The translations under genes were made by a program, and so were the position numbers. Of a DNA stretch of 64,000 nucleotides, positions 20,204 through 30,617 are shown one piece after another. Within the stretch, counting starts at the first letter, position 1. Every line of letters starts with the position of its first letter. The notes below the pieces were generated by a model that was given only the letters and a program-made list of their open reading frames with translations, did not search any database and had not been told where the DNA came from. The DNA is from an uncultured Spirochaetota bacterium (lineage in GTDB: Bacteria; Spirochaetota; Brevinematia; Brevinematales; JAOACQ01): positions 672,001-736,000 of the forward strand of contig CAWIGG010000004.1 in NCBI GenBank assembly GCA_963835575.1, in the 5' to 3' direction.

Positions 20204-20734
20204 TTAACGTTCGAAACGGATTTCTATACAGTGTGGATTGATTTTTTTTATATTGTATTGTTCTTTATAATATGTGCTGATACCGCGAAGTAAACCGATA
20301 ATATCGATCAGGCTTTTTTCGTTTCCATAAACGGCTGTCATTGTATTCCGGTCGATTTCTTTCAGATCGATCTTTAAAATATAACTGTTATTGGGAATAA
20401 ACTGGCAGAGGTCATTGTTCAGTTTTACATAATTAACAAGAAATTCTTTTATTGTTGTTGCTTTACGGGCCAGGGATTGGCAGAGGCGCGGGGCAAAGTC
20501 GGTCAGCCAGTACTGCACAAAATCGCTTCTTACATCGAATTCGGATTTTTTGAGTTTTTTTGACATTATTTCAAATATTGATTTTAATCTCTGGAAAGAA
20601 ATATAATTATCCTGGTTGCGGAATGAATCTACGCCTATTCCCATTTCTTCCGCCAGTTCCTTCCAGATATTAAACCCGAAATTATATTTATTACTCAGCC
20701 ACTCTTTTATGGCTGTAAGATAAATCACTTTCAT
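20204..20734 (-). CDS. H-NOX (heme NO-binding) fold protein, degenerate
   Basis: Length and pattern (MK.......WL..KY....W; FL; Y; GLLRGISTYYKE) match stand-alone H-NOX by eye. Confidence 0.65.
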   Translation of the reverse strand: MKVIYLTAIKEWLSNKYNFGFNIWKELAEEMGIGVDSFRNQDNYISFQRLKSIFEIMSKKLKKSEFDVRSDFVQYWLTDFAPRLCQSLARKATTIKEFLVNYVKLNNDLCQFIPNNSYILKIDLKEIDRNTMTAVYGNEKSLIDIIGLLRGISTYYKEQYNIKKINPHCIEIRFER

Positions 20735-20863
20735 AAATAATCCTTTAAATAATATTATCCATTAAATTATTTTTAGTCAAATGACGCCGAATAAGTGAAT
20801 GCATTTAGTTTAAAGAGGTATTAATTATAATTGATATTTTATATATTTCAATTAAACTCTTTG

Positions 20864-22508
20864 CCCGGATTATTCACCTGAAAAAAAGTATAAAAAAAGC
20901 CGCGTAACTTTACTCTTTATGATATAATTAATTGCGACCTAAAAATACCCCAAAGAGGAGATACGCGGTGAAAACAGTATGTCATAAACAAGAAGAAAAA
21001 TCAAGCGGTTTTGCCTTTTTAGGCAAGACTATTGAGATGGACTGGAACGGCGGCGACATATCCACTGACGGCGGGCTGTTTCTGGTATCCGGGCTCTTAA
21101 AAAAGACCGGAATTATCAATAGAATATCCGGTTGTATTGAGGATTGCAGGGACCAGGACCGGATAATTCATGAAATGAGTGAATTGATCGGACAACGGGT
21201 CAGCCAAATGATCATGGGGTATGAAGACACCAACGACGCGGGAGTATTACGGTATGACCCGATGTTTAAATTCGCGGCAGGGCGTTTACCTGAAAGCGGA
21301 GATACCCTGTCCAGCCAGCCGACGCTGTCCAGGCTTGAGAACAGCATAAACCTTCGGGATATAACGAAGCTTGATTTCTGTATGACGGACTGGTACATTG
21401 ACAGCTTGATAGAGCGTAAAGCGGAAAGTGTTGTTCTTGACATAGACGGCACGGATGATCCGACGCATGGTAAACAGGAAGGAAGCCTGTTCAACGGTTT
21501 TTATGAACAAACGATGTACTCACCGCTGATTGTTTGTGACGGAGATACCGGAGACCTTGCGGCGATTAAACTGCGGCAGGGAAACGCGGGTCCGGCAAAG
21601 GACGCGCTTGCTATGATCAGGAGAATTGTTTTGGCAATAAGGAGGCGACAACCGGAGATCCGGATAATCCTGCGAGGTGACGCCGGATTTGAAAACCCGA
21701 AGATATACGAATATTGCGAACAAAATGATCTCCATTATATTCTGGGAATAAAGGGTTACCGGAGATTGGAGAAGAGGACAAGAAAGCTATCCCGCAGGGC
21801 AAAGACATATTTTCAAAAAAGCGGGAAAGAAAAGACGCTTCATACGAATTTCAAATACCGTGCACAAAGCTGGGAAAAAGAACGAATGATTATCGCCCGG
21901 ATACGCTGCAATGAATTGGGACAGGACACCCGTTATCTGATAACCAATTGGAAATTTTCAAAGGCAAGGTATGCATACAGATTCTATGCGAAGCGTGGAG
22001 ATATGGAAAACCGGATCAAGGAACTGAAAAAGGATATGAATCTTGACCGTTTGAGCTGCCATCGATATATGGCAAATTATTTCCGGCTGATTCTTGCGGG
22101 TTTTGCCTATCAATGCATGCAGCGCTTAAGGAAGGGATTGAAAGGTACAGAATATGAGAAAGCGCAAGCCGACACTATACGGTTAAAAATTCTGAAAGTT
22201 GCTGTACAGGTAAAAGAAACAGTCCGGAGAGTATGGCTGCATTTTTGCTCAAGTTTCACTGAAAAAGCGGTATTTCAAAGGCTCTCGGACAGCTTTGCGT
22301 AATGAAAGCCTTTCTGGATGTTTTTGACTCCGCTTAAAGAAGGGGGAAACTGCGCCCTTGTAACTGCAAAAAACAGATTTTTGAAAAGTTAGAAAGGATT
22401 GGACGGAAAAACGGAAGGTTAACTGACAAATTTATGCGGCCGCTTGAACAGCCGGGCAGTTTTTTATAGAAAATACACCCTCTGTGGGGGTGAGATGAAT
22501 AATGCGGG
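20864..22508 (+). mobile_element. IS1380-family insertion sequence, copy 1 (1645 bp)
   Basis: IRs CCCGGATTATTCACCT / AGATGAATAATGCGGG. 5-bp target duplication CTTTG at 20859-20863 and 22509-22513. Confidence 0.95.
20968..22302 (+). CDS. IS1380-family transposase
   Basis: GGDISTDGG, SQPTLSRLEN, LDIDGTDDPTHGKQE, RGDAGF and RGDMENRIKE. GTG start after GAGGAG. Confidence 0.95.
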   Translation: MKTVCHKQEEKSSGFAFLGKTIEMDWNGGDISTDGGLFLVSGLLKKTGIINRISGCIEDCRDQDRIIHEMSELIGQRVSQMIMGYEDTNDAGVLRYDPMFKFAAGRLPESGDTLSSQPTLSRLENSINLRDITKLDFCMTDWYIDSLIERKAESVVLDIDGTDDPTHGKQEGSLFNGFYEQTMYSPLIVCDGDTGDLAAIKLRQGNAGPAKDALAMIRRIVLAIRRRQPEIRIILRGDAGFENPKIYEYCEQNDLHYILGIKGYRRLEKRTRKLSRRAKTYFQKSGKEKTLHTNFKYRAQSWEKERMIIARIRCNELGQDTRYLITNWKFSKARYAYRFYAKRGDMENRIKELKKDMNLDRLSCHRYMANYFRLILAGFAYQCMQRLRKGLKGTEYEKAQADTIRLKILKVAVQVKETVRRVWLHFCSSFTEKAVFQRLSDSFA

Positions 22509-22553
22509 CTTTGTATAAAATTACGATATCATTATTAAATTTCAGGAGATATA

Positions 22554-24092
22554 ATGATGGAAAAGGCAGGTGTTAAACCGTTAATTAAATTGAAAAACGC
22601 CGCTTTTAAAATAAATGACCGGATTGTTTTCAGCGGAACGGATTGGACAATCATTGCCGGTCAGATATGGGCCGTTTATGGTATAGCGGGTTCAGGAGTA
22701 AACATTCTGCTGGAAGCGCTTTTACACCGTCTTCCGGTTACGCAGGGGAAATTAGAGTATTATTTCGAGGATCATGGAAGACCGTATTTGAATCCAGGCG
22801 AGGCTGTGCTTATCTCGAACGATGCGCAGAGGGATATGCTGCTTCATTACAGTACTTATTATCAAGCGAGGTGGCAGAGCTTTGAGGAAGAAAATTCCCC
22901 TTCAGTCAATGAATTCCTGAGCGGAAAAAGTATTGAACATCATTCGTCTTTTGAAGTGACCCCATTAAGGACTGCCGGTTCAATTTATGAGAAGCGCAAA
23001 AGAAGTGCTGTAAGGAGACTTCAGATTAAAAATCTGATGGAAAAGCGGCTGATGCAGCTTTCCAATGGTGAGGCCCGGAAAGTTCTATTGGTCCGGGCTT
23101 TTATGCAGAATCCCCGTTTACTTGTTCTGGATGAGCCTTTTGGGGGACTGGATGCTTCTTCAAGGAAAAATTTAATGAAAATTATCAATGAAATGATGCC
23201 GGATGAGCATAAAATTATAATAACCGCTCATTCCAGACTGGATGAAATCCCCGGATCGGCAACTCATATTGCCTATGTGGAACAAAACCGTATATTAAAG
23301 CAGGGTTTAAAAAAAGAAATATTATTATCATTGGAAACAAAACAAAAAGAACCAATCGTTATTAAAGAAGAAAAGTTTCAACTCTTTCCGGAATTTCCAC
23401 AGGATAAAAATCCGGAAAATCCCTTTTTAATAAAAATGAATAATGTTACTGTCAAGTATGGGAAAAAGGTTATTCTGGATCATATCAGCTGGACAATGAG
23501 AAGGGATGAAAATTGGGCCGTCCTCGGACCGAACGGCGCCGGAAAGACAACGCTTTTAAGCCTTATAATGGGGGATAATCCGCAAGCTTATGCCAATGAC
23601 ATCATACTTTTTGGGAAAAAGCGGGGGAGTGGGGAGAGTATCTGGGATATAAAAAAGAAAATCGGCTGGGTTTCACCGGAGCTGCAATTATATTATTACA
23701 GCAGTATGAAATGTATTGAAACTGTCTGCTCAGGATTGTATGAATCAATAGGGCTTTATCAAGAGATTACAGAGGAACAAAAGATTGAAGCATTATTCTG
23801 GCTGCGGCTTTTAAAGATAGATAATTTAAAAGACACGCGCTTTTCAGATATTTCAGCCGCCGAACAAATGCTGATCCTTTTTGCAAGGGCCCTGGTTAAA
23901 AAACCCATACTTTTGATTCTGGATGAACTTTTCCAGAATATTGATCCTGAAACGAGAAATTTTTTATTTAGTTTTATTGATGCGCTTTGTACGGAAACAC
24001 TTGTCCGCATTATTTATGTGACGCATCATGAAAAAGAATTACCCAATTGTATATCAAATATATTAAGGCTGGATAAAGGTAGAATCGTTTAA
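22554..24092 (+). CDS. Dual-domain ABC ATPase, ModF-like
   Basis: LSNGEARK, LDEPFGGLD, GPNGAGKTT, NDIILFGKKRGSGESIWDIKKKIGWVSPEL (ModF hallmark) and YVTHH. Confidence 0.88.
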   Translation: MMEKAGVKPLIKLKNAAFKINDRIVFSGTDWTIIAGQIWAVYGIAGSGVNILLEALLHRLPVTQGKLEYYFEDHGRPYLNPGEAVLISNDAQRDMLLHYSTYYQARWQSFEEENSPSVNEFLSGKSIEHHSSFEVTPLRTAGSIYEKRKRSAVRRLQIKNLMEKRLMQLSNGEARKVLLVRAFMQNPRLLVLDEPFGGLDASSRKNLMKIINEMMPDEHKIIITAHSRLDEIPGSATHIAYVEQNRILKQGLKKEILLSLETKQKEPIVIKEEKFQLFPEFPQDKNPENPFLIKMNNVTVKYGKKVILDHISWTMRRDENWAVLGPNGAGKTTLLSLIMGDNPQAYANDIILFGKKRGSGESIWDIKKKIGWVSPELQLYYYSSMKCIETVCSGLYESIGLYQEITEEQKIEALFWLRLLKIDNLKDTRFSDISAAEQMLILFARALVKKPILLILDELFQNIDPETRNFLFSFIDALCTETLVRIIYVTHHEKELPNCISNILRLDKGRIV

Positions 24093-24238
24093 TTGCATTA
24101 TTTTCAGCCTTATCTTTTTAAGAGTTAATAAAAAAGACTCATTTTGGATAAATTATAATATAAATATATAATATAAATATTATTGGCAAAGTCTGGATTT
24201 CCTTTTACAATAAGTATTATAAGAATGGTGAGGTGGAC

Positions 24239-26479
24239 ATGCCCAAAGATATTAAATTGAAAAAAGCCTCTGATATCAGACCTGTATTTTTCAGCATGAA
24301 ATGGAAAGGCACCATTCTGGTTTTTGTTTTCTTTATTCTGAGTATATCCATCCTATTCCAGTTTATTATCAATTATGAAAATTTAATCCTGAACAAACAG
24401 CTTGACGAAACCATGACTGTCTACCAGGAAACATTCAAAAAAGATGTCGAAGTGATGCTGCTGGAAAAAAATGATAGAAACGGGCTTGACAGCATTATTC
24501 AGTCCTATTCAAACATTAATAACTTTCTTAGCGCTATGTTTGTCGACAATGCCGGCAATATCATTGTCCATACGGGAAGGTCGGTTGATAAAGAATTTAT
24601 AAGTTATATGCAGAGCAAATTTAAAAATATGTATGAGGATAAGGGAAATTACCAAGGGAAGCTTTCGTATAACAGTTTCAGGCCGGTTTATCATCCCAAT
24701 ATCGGAAAAACCGAGTTTAATAAGATAAACAATTATATAGATCTTTATCATAACGGCAAATTATTTAATAATGATGTCCTTCCCGAAGAAACCAGGAACA
24801 ATTTTAAATTCATAAAAGAATACGAGGATTTAACCGCGCAGTATCAAATCAGGAGGGTCGGTCAAAAAAGTCCTCCGCAAGTTAAAATCACACAAAAAGA
24901 CAGGAATGAGATTAACAGCTGGCAGAGAAGATGGGATAATTATAAAAAGACATGTAGCCTGATATTAACGGATAAAGAATTTTTAAAGCTGAATGATCTG
25001 CTTAAAAAGCTCGGATGGCCGGACAAAAAAGTCAATGAATATACTTTATTAAGGCAGGATAAGAAAAAATTCTTTAATAATAAAATTATCTTAAATGAAG
25101 AAGAGAATAACAATATCCAGTTTATAGCGTTCATAAAAACTTATCTTTCCACTTATATGGATGAACAGAATAATCTCAATAAAAACTTTGATCAATTGGC
25201 GGAAAAACTCACATCGATAGATAATAAACTGAGCTATCAGAAAAATCAGAAGAAAAATCAAGGAATTGCAAACTCGCTTTTAAATAAGGATAATTGCGCC
25301 TCGGCTATGAAACAGCTTTTAAGCGACTATAAAAGTCTGGAAAAGTACCGTTACAGTGCTACTGTTATCAGCGGCATTAAGTCCGTTAAAATAGAAAAAA
25401 TATGGAGTGATTTTAAAAATATTTACCGGATCGGAACCATTTTGATAGCATTGAATATAAACCAGGTGACTTTAGACCAGAAGACCACTATTAATAAAAT
25501 GATCGACATTGCAATTATGGTTGTATTAAGGCTTTTTGCGATTACTTACTTTATTGTCTCGTTTTTAATTTTCCCGTTAAGCGTACTTTCAGCAGGTACG
25601 GATGAGATCGCGAAAGGGAATCTGGATAAAACAATCCAGGTGAAATCCAGGGATGAGATTGGCCAGCTGGCCGATAAGTTCAACTACATGTCAAAAAGCC
25701 TGAAAAAAGCTTTTGACGAGATTAAAGATAAAGCTAGAATGGAAGCGGAATTGAAGAATGCCCGGGAGATTCAGGAAGCCATCCTGCCGAAAGCCTATCC
25801 TCAGGTGGAAAAATTCTCCTTCTCGACATACTATCAGCCCGAAACCGAATCCGGCGGGGATTATTATGACTTTATTGACGTTGATGAAAAACATTTCGGC
25901 GTTGTGATCGCTGATGTGACGGGCCATGGCGTGGGAGCAGGCATAGTGATGTCAATGCTCCGTTCTCATCTCAGGACTGCCGCCGTCGGAAAAAAGGATG
26001 CATCCGAAGTATTAAAGGAAATCAATCCGATCCTGTACAGGGATACGCTTCCAAATATGTTCGCGACTATCTTTTATGCGGTTGTTGACATTTCAACCAA
26101 TATACTTTACTATACAAACGCTGGGCATCACCCGGCGATTATTTATAATCCGAAAGAACCGAAAGCCAGACTGCTGCGTACAGGCGGGATGCCCATCGGG
26201 ATGGTGGACAGTAAAATTTTCGATCCGGCCATTGAACTTCATCAGGTCCAGCTGAAGAAGGGAGATTATTGCGTAGCTTATACTGACGGGATTCTTGAGG
26301 CAAAATCCAAAGAAAACGATGAATACGGTGAAGAGAGATTTTATGCCGCCATCAGCAGGCATTCATCGGAAAACCTGGACCGGATGAGGGACGGGATTAT
26401 TGCGGATTTGAAGAAATTTACGGAAGGGGCTGAACAGAGCGACGATATTACTTTGATTATAATAAAAACAAATTCATAA
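24239..26479 (+). CDS. Membrane sensor with HAMP and SpoIIE/PP2C phosphatase domains
   Basis: Two TM segments around a large extracytoplasmic region; DEIGQLADKFN (HAMP); GGDYYD, ADVTGHG, NAGH, YTDG and SDDIT. Confidence 0.92.
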   Translation: MPKDIKLKKASDIRPVFFSMKWKGTILVFVFFILSISILFQFIINYENLILNKQLDETMTVYQETFKKDVEVMLLEKNDRNGLDSIIQSYSNINNFLSAMFVDNAGNIIVHTGRSVDKEFISYMQSKFKNMYEDKGNYQGKLSYNSFRPVYHPNIGKTEFNKINNYIDLYHNGKLFNNDVLPEETRNNFKFIKEYEDLTAQYQIRRVGQKSPPQVKITQKDRNEINSWQRRWDNYKKTCSLILTDKEFLKLNDLLKKLGWPDKKVNEYTLLRQDKKKFFNNKIILNEEENNNIQFIAFIKTYLSTYMDEQNNLNKNFDQLAEKLTSIDNKLSYQKNQKKNQGIANSLLNKDNCASAMKQLLSDYKSLEKYRYSATVISGIKSVKIEKIWSDFKNIYRIGTILIALNINQVTLDQKTTINKMIDIAIMVVLRLFAITYFIVSFLIFPLSVLSAGTDEIAKGNLDKTIQVKSRDEIGQLADKFNYMSKSLKKAFDEIKDKARMEAELKNAREIQEAILPKAYPQVEKFSFSTYYQPETESGGDYYDFIDVDEKHFGVVIADVTGHGVGAGIVMSMLRSHLRTAAVGKKDASEVLKEINPILYRDTLPNMFATIFYAVVDISTNILYYTNAGHHPAIIYNPKEPKARLLRTGGMPIGMVDSKIFDPAIELHQVQLKKGDYCVAYTDGILEAKSKENDEYGEERFYAAISRHSSENLDRMRDGIIADLKKFTEGAEQSDDITLIIIKTNS

Positions 26480-26554
26480 AATAAGAGCAGTTCTATAACC
26501 GGCAAAATATTAAGGAATTTAGAACATCTTATTCTCCAAGTTTAAGATTTTATA

Positions 26555-26601
26555 CATTTCCAAAAACACCAATTTGATTTTTATGGTAGTTTTTGGAAAT
26601 G
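26555..26601. repeat. Short inverted repeat with 13-bp arms
   Basis: CATTTCCAAAAAC ... GTTTTTGGAAATG; resembles the other short palindromic elements. Confidence 0.5.
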
Positions 26602-26629
26602 CCCTTAATAAATAATTTAGAGGTCAGTT

Positions 26630-26905
26630 ATGAAAAATGGTAATATGTATCCGGCGGAGCGAGAGCTTATTTTTTCAACAGTGATGGAAATCATAGAAAA
26701 CGGACAGAATGATGTTGAGTTGAATATGACAAAAGTGGTTAAGGCAATAGCCGCTAGCGGGTCATACTGGCTTTCGTTTTTAAATGTGATTTACACCAGG
26801 CTTCTGGAAGTGAAAAATGAATTGAAGGCCAAGGATTACGCCGCTGTTGAACAGAAACTGGATCAATTAACGAAAACTATAGTTGAAATCAGGTATAAGA
26901 TATAA
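26630..26905 (+). CDS. Hypothetical protein
   Basis: 91-aa ORF with RBS GAGG, upstream of guaA. Confidence 0.6.
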   Translation: MKNGNMYPAERELIFSTVMEIIENGQNDVELNMTKVVKAIAASGSYWLSFLNVIYTRLLEVKNELKAKDYAAVEQKLDQLTKTIVEIRYKI

Positions 26906-26921
26906 GGCATGGGAGAGCCGA

Positions 26922-28454
26922 GTGGAAAAAAGTATTCTCATTCTGGATTTTGGTTCTCAATATACCCAGCTCATTGCCAGGCGGATCAGAGAGTTCGGCG
27001 TTTATGCGGAAATTTATCCCTATTCAATCACTATCGATGAAATAATCCGGCAAAAACCCTGCGGAATCATCCTTTCGGGCGGACCTTCCAGCGTTCTGGA
27101 TAAAAATGCGCCTCTTATTTCGCCGGAGCTTTTCACTTTCAAAACTCCAATTCTTGGTATCTGCTACGGCATGCAGCTTATGACAAAACTCCTGGGAGGG
27201 ACTGTTGAGCGGTCCACTCAAAGGGAGTATGGTAAAGCGGTCCTGAATATTCAAAGCCCTTCACGCCTTTTTGATAATGTGAAAAACAACAGCATTATCT
27301 GGATGAGCCATGGGGATTCGGTTATTCATCTGGCGCAAGGATTTCAGATTAAGGCAAAAACCCTGGAAGGTGTTTTGACCGCTATTGAGAATGATAAAGA
27401 AAATTTATACGCCGTTCAGTTTCATCCGGAAGTGGCGCATACGGAAGAAGGTAAAAAGATTTTATCCAATTTTATCTTTAACATTTGCGGCGCGGTAAAA
27501 AACTGGGACATGCGTGATTTTATTGAAAAAGAAATCGACGAGCTTCAGGAAAAATGCAGAGGGAAAAAAGTTGTCCTGGGCGTCAGCGGCGGAGTGGATT
27601 CGACGACGCTGGCCGTTCTGGTCCAGAAAGCCCTGGGAAACAACGTTAAATCAATATTTGTTAATAACGGTCTTCTCCGATTGAATGAATCCGAGGAAGT
27701 TCTGAATAACTTGAGGGAAAGGCTTGGCCTGAATATCAGTTTTATTGATGCGTCGGATATATTTTTAAAGAATCTGCAGGGGGTTGAATTCCCTGAAGAA
27801 AAAAGAAAGATAATCGGTAAAACTTTTATTGATGTTTTTTACGGCGGATTAAAAGATTTTGATTTTCTTGTGCAGGGGACCCTCTATCCTGATGTTATTG
27901 AAAGTAATCCGGTCAAAGGCCCTTCTCAAACAATAAAAACGCATCACAACCGGGTTAAAGAAGTGCAGATATTGGAGAAGGAAGGGAGAATTATTGAGCC
28001 GTTCCGGTTTTTATTTAAGGATGAAGTAAGGGAAGTTGCCCGGATCCTCAATATTCCGGATGATATTCTGAACCGCCATCCCTTTCCAGGTCCCGGCCTT
28101 GCAGTGAGGGTCCTGGGGGATATTACCAGGGAAAAGCTGGATATTCTCCGGATTGCCGATGATATTTTCATTACAGAACTGAAAGAAAGCGGCTGGTATG
28201 AAAAAACCTGGCAGGCCTTTGCGGTATTCCTGCCCGTCAGAAGTGTCGGCGTTATGGGCGATGAAAGGGCATACGGGCATGTCATCGCTCTAAGGGCGAT
28301 CACAAGCGTGGATGGTATGACGGCCAACTGGGCGCATCTGCCGTATGAAGTGCTGGATGAAGTTGCGAACAAGATCATACGCCGCATTAAGGAAGTAAAC
28401 AGGGTTGTTTATGACGTTACATCAAAACCGCCTGCTACGATTGAGTGGGAATAA
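26922..28454 (+). CDS. guaA: GMP synthase (glutamine-hydrolysing)
   Basis: LDFGSQYTQLIARRIRE, GICYGMQ, QFHPEV, SGGVDS, HPFPGPGL and KPPATIEWE. GTG start at 26922. Confidence 0.98.
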   Translation: MEKSILILDFGSQYTQLIARRIREFGVYAEIYPYSITIDEIIRQKPCGIILSGGPSSVLDKNAPLISPELFTFKTPILGICYGMQLMTKLLGGTVERSTQREYGKAVLNIQSPSRLFDNVKNNSIIWMSHGDSVIHLAQGFQIKAKTLEGVLTAIENDKENLYAVQFHPEVAHTEEGKKILSNFIFNICGAVKNWDMRDFIEKEIDELQEKCRGKKVVLGVSGGVDSTTLAVLVQKALGNNVKSIFVNNGLLRLNESEEVLNNLRERLGLNISFIDASDIFLKNLQGVEFPEEKRKIIGKTFIDVFYGGLKDFDFLVQGTLYPDVIESNPVKGPSQTIKTHHNRVKEVQILEKEGRIIEPFRFLFKDEVREVARILNIPDDILNRHPFPGPGLAVRVLGDITREKLDILRIADDIFITELKESGWYEKTWQAFAVFLPVRSVGVMGDERAYGHVIALRAITSVDGMTANWAHLPYEVLDEVANKIIRRIKEVNRVVYDVTSKPPATIEWE

Positions 28455-28470
28455 ATTCTGCAATATATCT

Positions 28471-28585
28471 TCCGCCAAGCCACGCGAATGCACGCTAATA
28501 ATGTTTCATTATTATTTCCATCACGTTCAGTGTAAATTAAGAAAGCTTTTAGACAAATTCGCGTCGATTAGCGTGTCTTAGCGGA
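28471..28585. repeat. Paired 10-bp-period triplet-arm element (ACGCGAAT type), no cargo
   Basis: Left arm TCCGCCAAGCCACGCGAATGCACGCTAAT (28471-28499); inverted right arm ATTCGCGTCGATTAGCGTGTCTTAGCGGA (28557-28585); 23/29 complementary. Confidence 0.8.
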
Positions 28586-28641
28586 TTACTAGTTATAATT
28601 CCGGGAATTATTTAACTTTTCAAGCTTTGAGAAAGCCAGCA

Positions 28642-29373
28642 TTATTTCACAAATTGAGTTTCGATATTATTTAGAAATGGGAATATCTTTGAAAAATAAC
28701 CGGATAAAAAGCCCATCCAGTCAAAAAAGAGGATCAATCCCAGTATGATCAGAAAAGCGCCGCTGATCAATTCTATAATCCGGTAATGCTTTTTTATCGC
28801 GTCAAATAATGAAAGAAGCTTGTGAGTGAGCAATCCTGTCAGTATGAATGGAATTCCCAGCCCAAGAGAGTATGTAATCAGAAGAAGAACGGCAAGTAGA
28901 GGATTCTGGCTGGAGGAAGACGTAAAAAGAATGCCTGAAAGGATCGGACCGATGCATGGCGTCCATCCCGCGCCGAAAACCATACCTATTAATAATGAAG
29001 AAAAAACATTTATCTTCTTTGTTTCGGTTTTTAACTTAATCTCAAAATCAAGAAAAGGTATTTTGATAATTCTAATAATATGAAGGCCGAAAACAATTAA
29101 AATCAATCCGGCGATTCTATTGAACCAGATTTTATAACTTCCGAGAGACTGGACAAAAATGTAAAACAGAGCGGCAAGCGCTGAAAATACGGCGGCGAAC
29201 CCCAGGACAAAAAATAGAGAATTGATAAAAATCTTAAAAACAGGTTTTGTCTCATCCTTTAACTGCTGGACCGTCATTCCGGAAATATAAGCGATATATA
29301 TGGGAATAAGCGGTAGGACGCAGGGAGAGATAAATGTAATTATACCGCCTAGGAAAGCTATAATGAATGTCAT
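28642..29373 (-). CDS. ccdA: Cytochrome c biogenesis protein CcdA / DsbD transmembrane domain
   Basis: FISPCVLPLIP and GWTPCIGPIL Cys motifs; YSLGLGIPF. Confidence 0.92.
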   Translation of the reverse strand: MTFIIAFLGGIITFISPCVLPLIPIYIAYISGMTVQQLKDETKPVFKIFINSLFFVLGFAAVFSALAALFYIFVQSLGSYKIWFNRIAGLILIVFGLHIIRIIKIPFLDFEIKLKTETKKINVFSSLLIGMVFGAGWTPCIGPILSGILFTSSSSQNPLLAVLLLITYSLGLGIPFILTGLLTHKLLSLFDAIKKHYRIIELISGAFLIILGLILFFDWMGFLSGYFSKIFPFLNNIETQFVK

Positions 29374-29375
29374 TA

Positions 29376-30617
29376 TCAGTCTCCTTTTGAAGCCGAATTC
29401 CCGGCAACATATCCGGATGACCAGGCCCACTGGAGGTTATACCCGCCGGAATCGCCGTCTATGTCTAATATTTCTCCGCAAAAATAAAGACTTCTGTTCA
29501 ATTTCGATTCAAGCGTCAGGGTGTCTATTTCACTGCAGCTGACGCCTCCCGCTGTTATCTGGGCATTATTCCAGCCCGTGTCCCCGGCCACTATAAATTT
29601 CCAGCCGTTTAATATCTCAGCAATACTATTTATATCCTTTTCAGATAATTCAGAAGCTTTCTGGTTTAATTTTAAACCGGCGGATTTAATAATGGTCTGG
29701 CCAATCCGTTTATTCAAAATGCCTGTAAGAAAATTCTCCAGAAGGCGTTCCGGGTGATTCTCTACTCTTTTATTTAAATTAGCGATTTTTTCCTTGAGTG
29801 TCAAATCCGGAAGAAAATTAATGCCGATTTCCACTGTCTTTCTATTCATTATCCCTTCAACAGCGGATCGGCTTAAATCCAATACGGCAAGTCCGGAAAT
29901 GCCGTAATTGGTAAAAATGATATCGTCCGCAACATGTTTTTTAATATTATTATTGATATAGAGAGACACTTCAGCGGCCCAGTTCATTTTTTCCATAGAT
30001 TTATGGACATCTCCAGATAGTTTTAGCTGAACTAATGCAGGGAATGGATGAATGATATTATGTTTCATTATTTGCGCCAGACGGAACCCTCCGCCGTCGC
30101 TCCCCGTGTGAGGCGCGGCTTTACCGCCGCAGGCTAATATTGTTTTATCGCATTCAAAAGCGCGGCCGTTTTTATCCGTTAATTCAAATGTTCCGTCATT
30201 ATTTTGAATAATGGATGTGATTTCAGTCTGGCAGACCAGATTAATATTCAGTTTTTCTATTTCCAGGCGGAGCAAGTCCAGGACGCTTGAAGCCTGCCGG
30301 CTCCGGGGAAAGATTTTTCCATTTTCCCCGGTAATAAATTCCAGGCCGAGTTCTTTAAAAAAAGACAATGTTTTATCTTTATTGAATTGATTAATGATAT
30401 TTATAATGAAAGAGGGGTTATTTCCATGATAATGTTCTGCTGTAATCAATTCATTTGTGATATTGCAGCGGCCGTTGCCTGTTGTGAGGAGTTTTTTCCC
30501 CATACGGTCATTTTTTTCAAGTATAATCACTTCAGCGCCGTTTCTAGCGGCCTGTACCGCTGCCATCATTCCTGAGGCGCCGCCTCCGATGACTGCGGTC
30601 CTCAATCCTTTTGTCAT
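29376..30617 (-). CDS. HI0933/BaiN-like flavoprotein oxidoreductase
   Basis: IGGGASG, GKKLLTTGNGRCNITN, TAGGV and GEILDIDGDSGGYNLQWAWSSG. Confidence 0.93.
   Translation of the reverse strand: MTKGLRTAVIGGGASGMMAAVQAARNGAEVIILEKNDRMGKKLLTTGNGRCNITNELITAEHYHGNNPSFIINIINQFNKDKTLSFFKELGLEFITGENGKIFPRSRQASSVLDLLRLEIEKLNINLVCQTEITSIIQNNDGTFELTDKNGRAFECDKTILACGGKAAPHTGSDGGGFRLAQIMKHNIIHPFPALVQLKLSGDVHKSMEKMNWAAEVSLYINNNIKKHVADDIIFTNYGISGLAVLDLSRSAVEGIMNRKTVEIGINFLPDLTLKEKIANLNKRVENHPERLLENFLTGILNKRIGQTIIKSAGLKLNQKASELSEKDINSIAEILNGWKFIVAGDTGWNNAQITAGGVSCSEIDTLTLESKLNRSLYFCGEILDIDGDSGGYNLQWAWSSGYVAGNSASKGD

Noticed and set aside
26480..26921. Purine riboswitch upstream of guaA
   Set aside because: No aptamer consensus seen; the region holds short palindromes and a small ORF.
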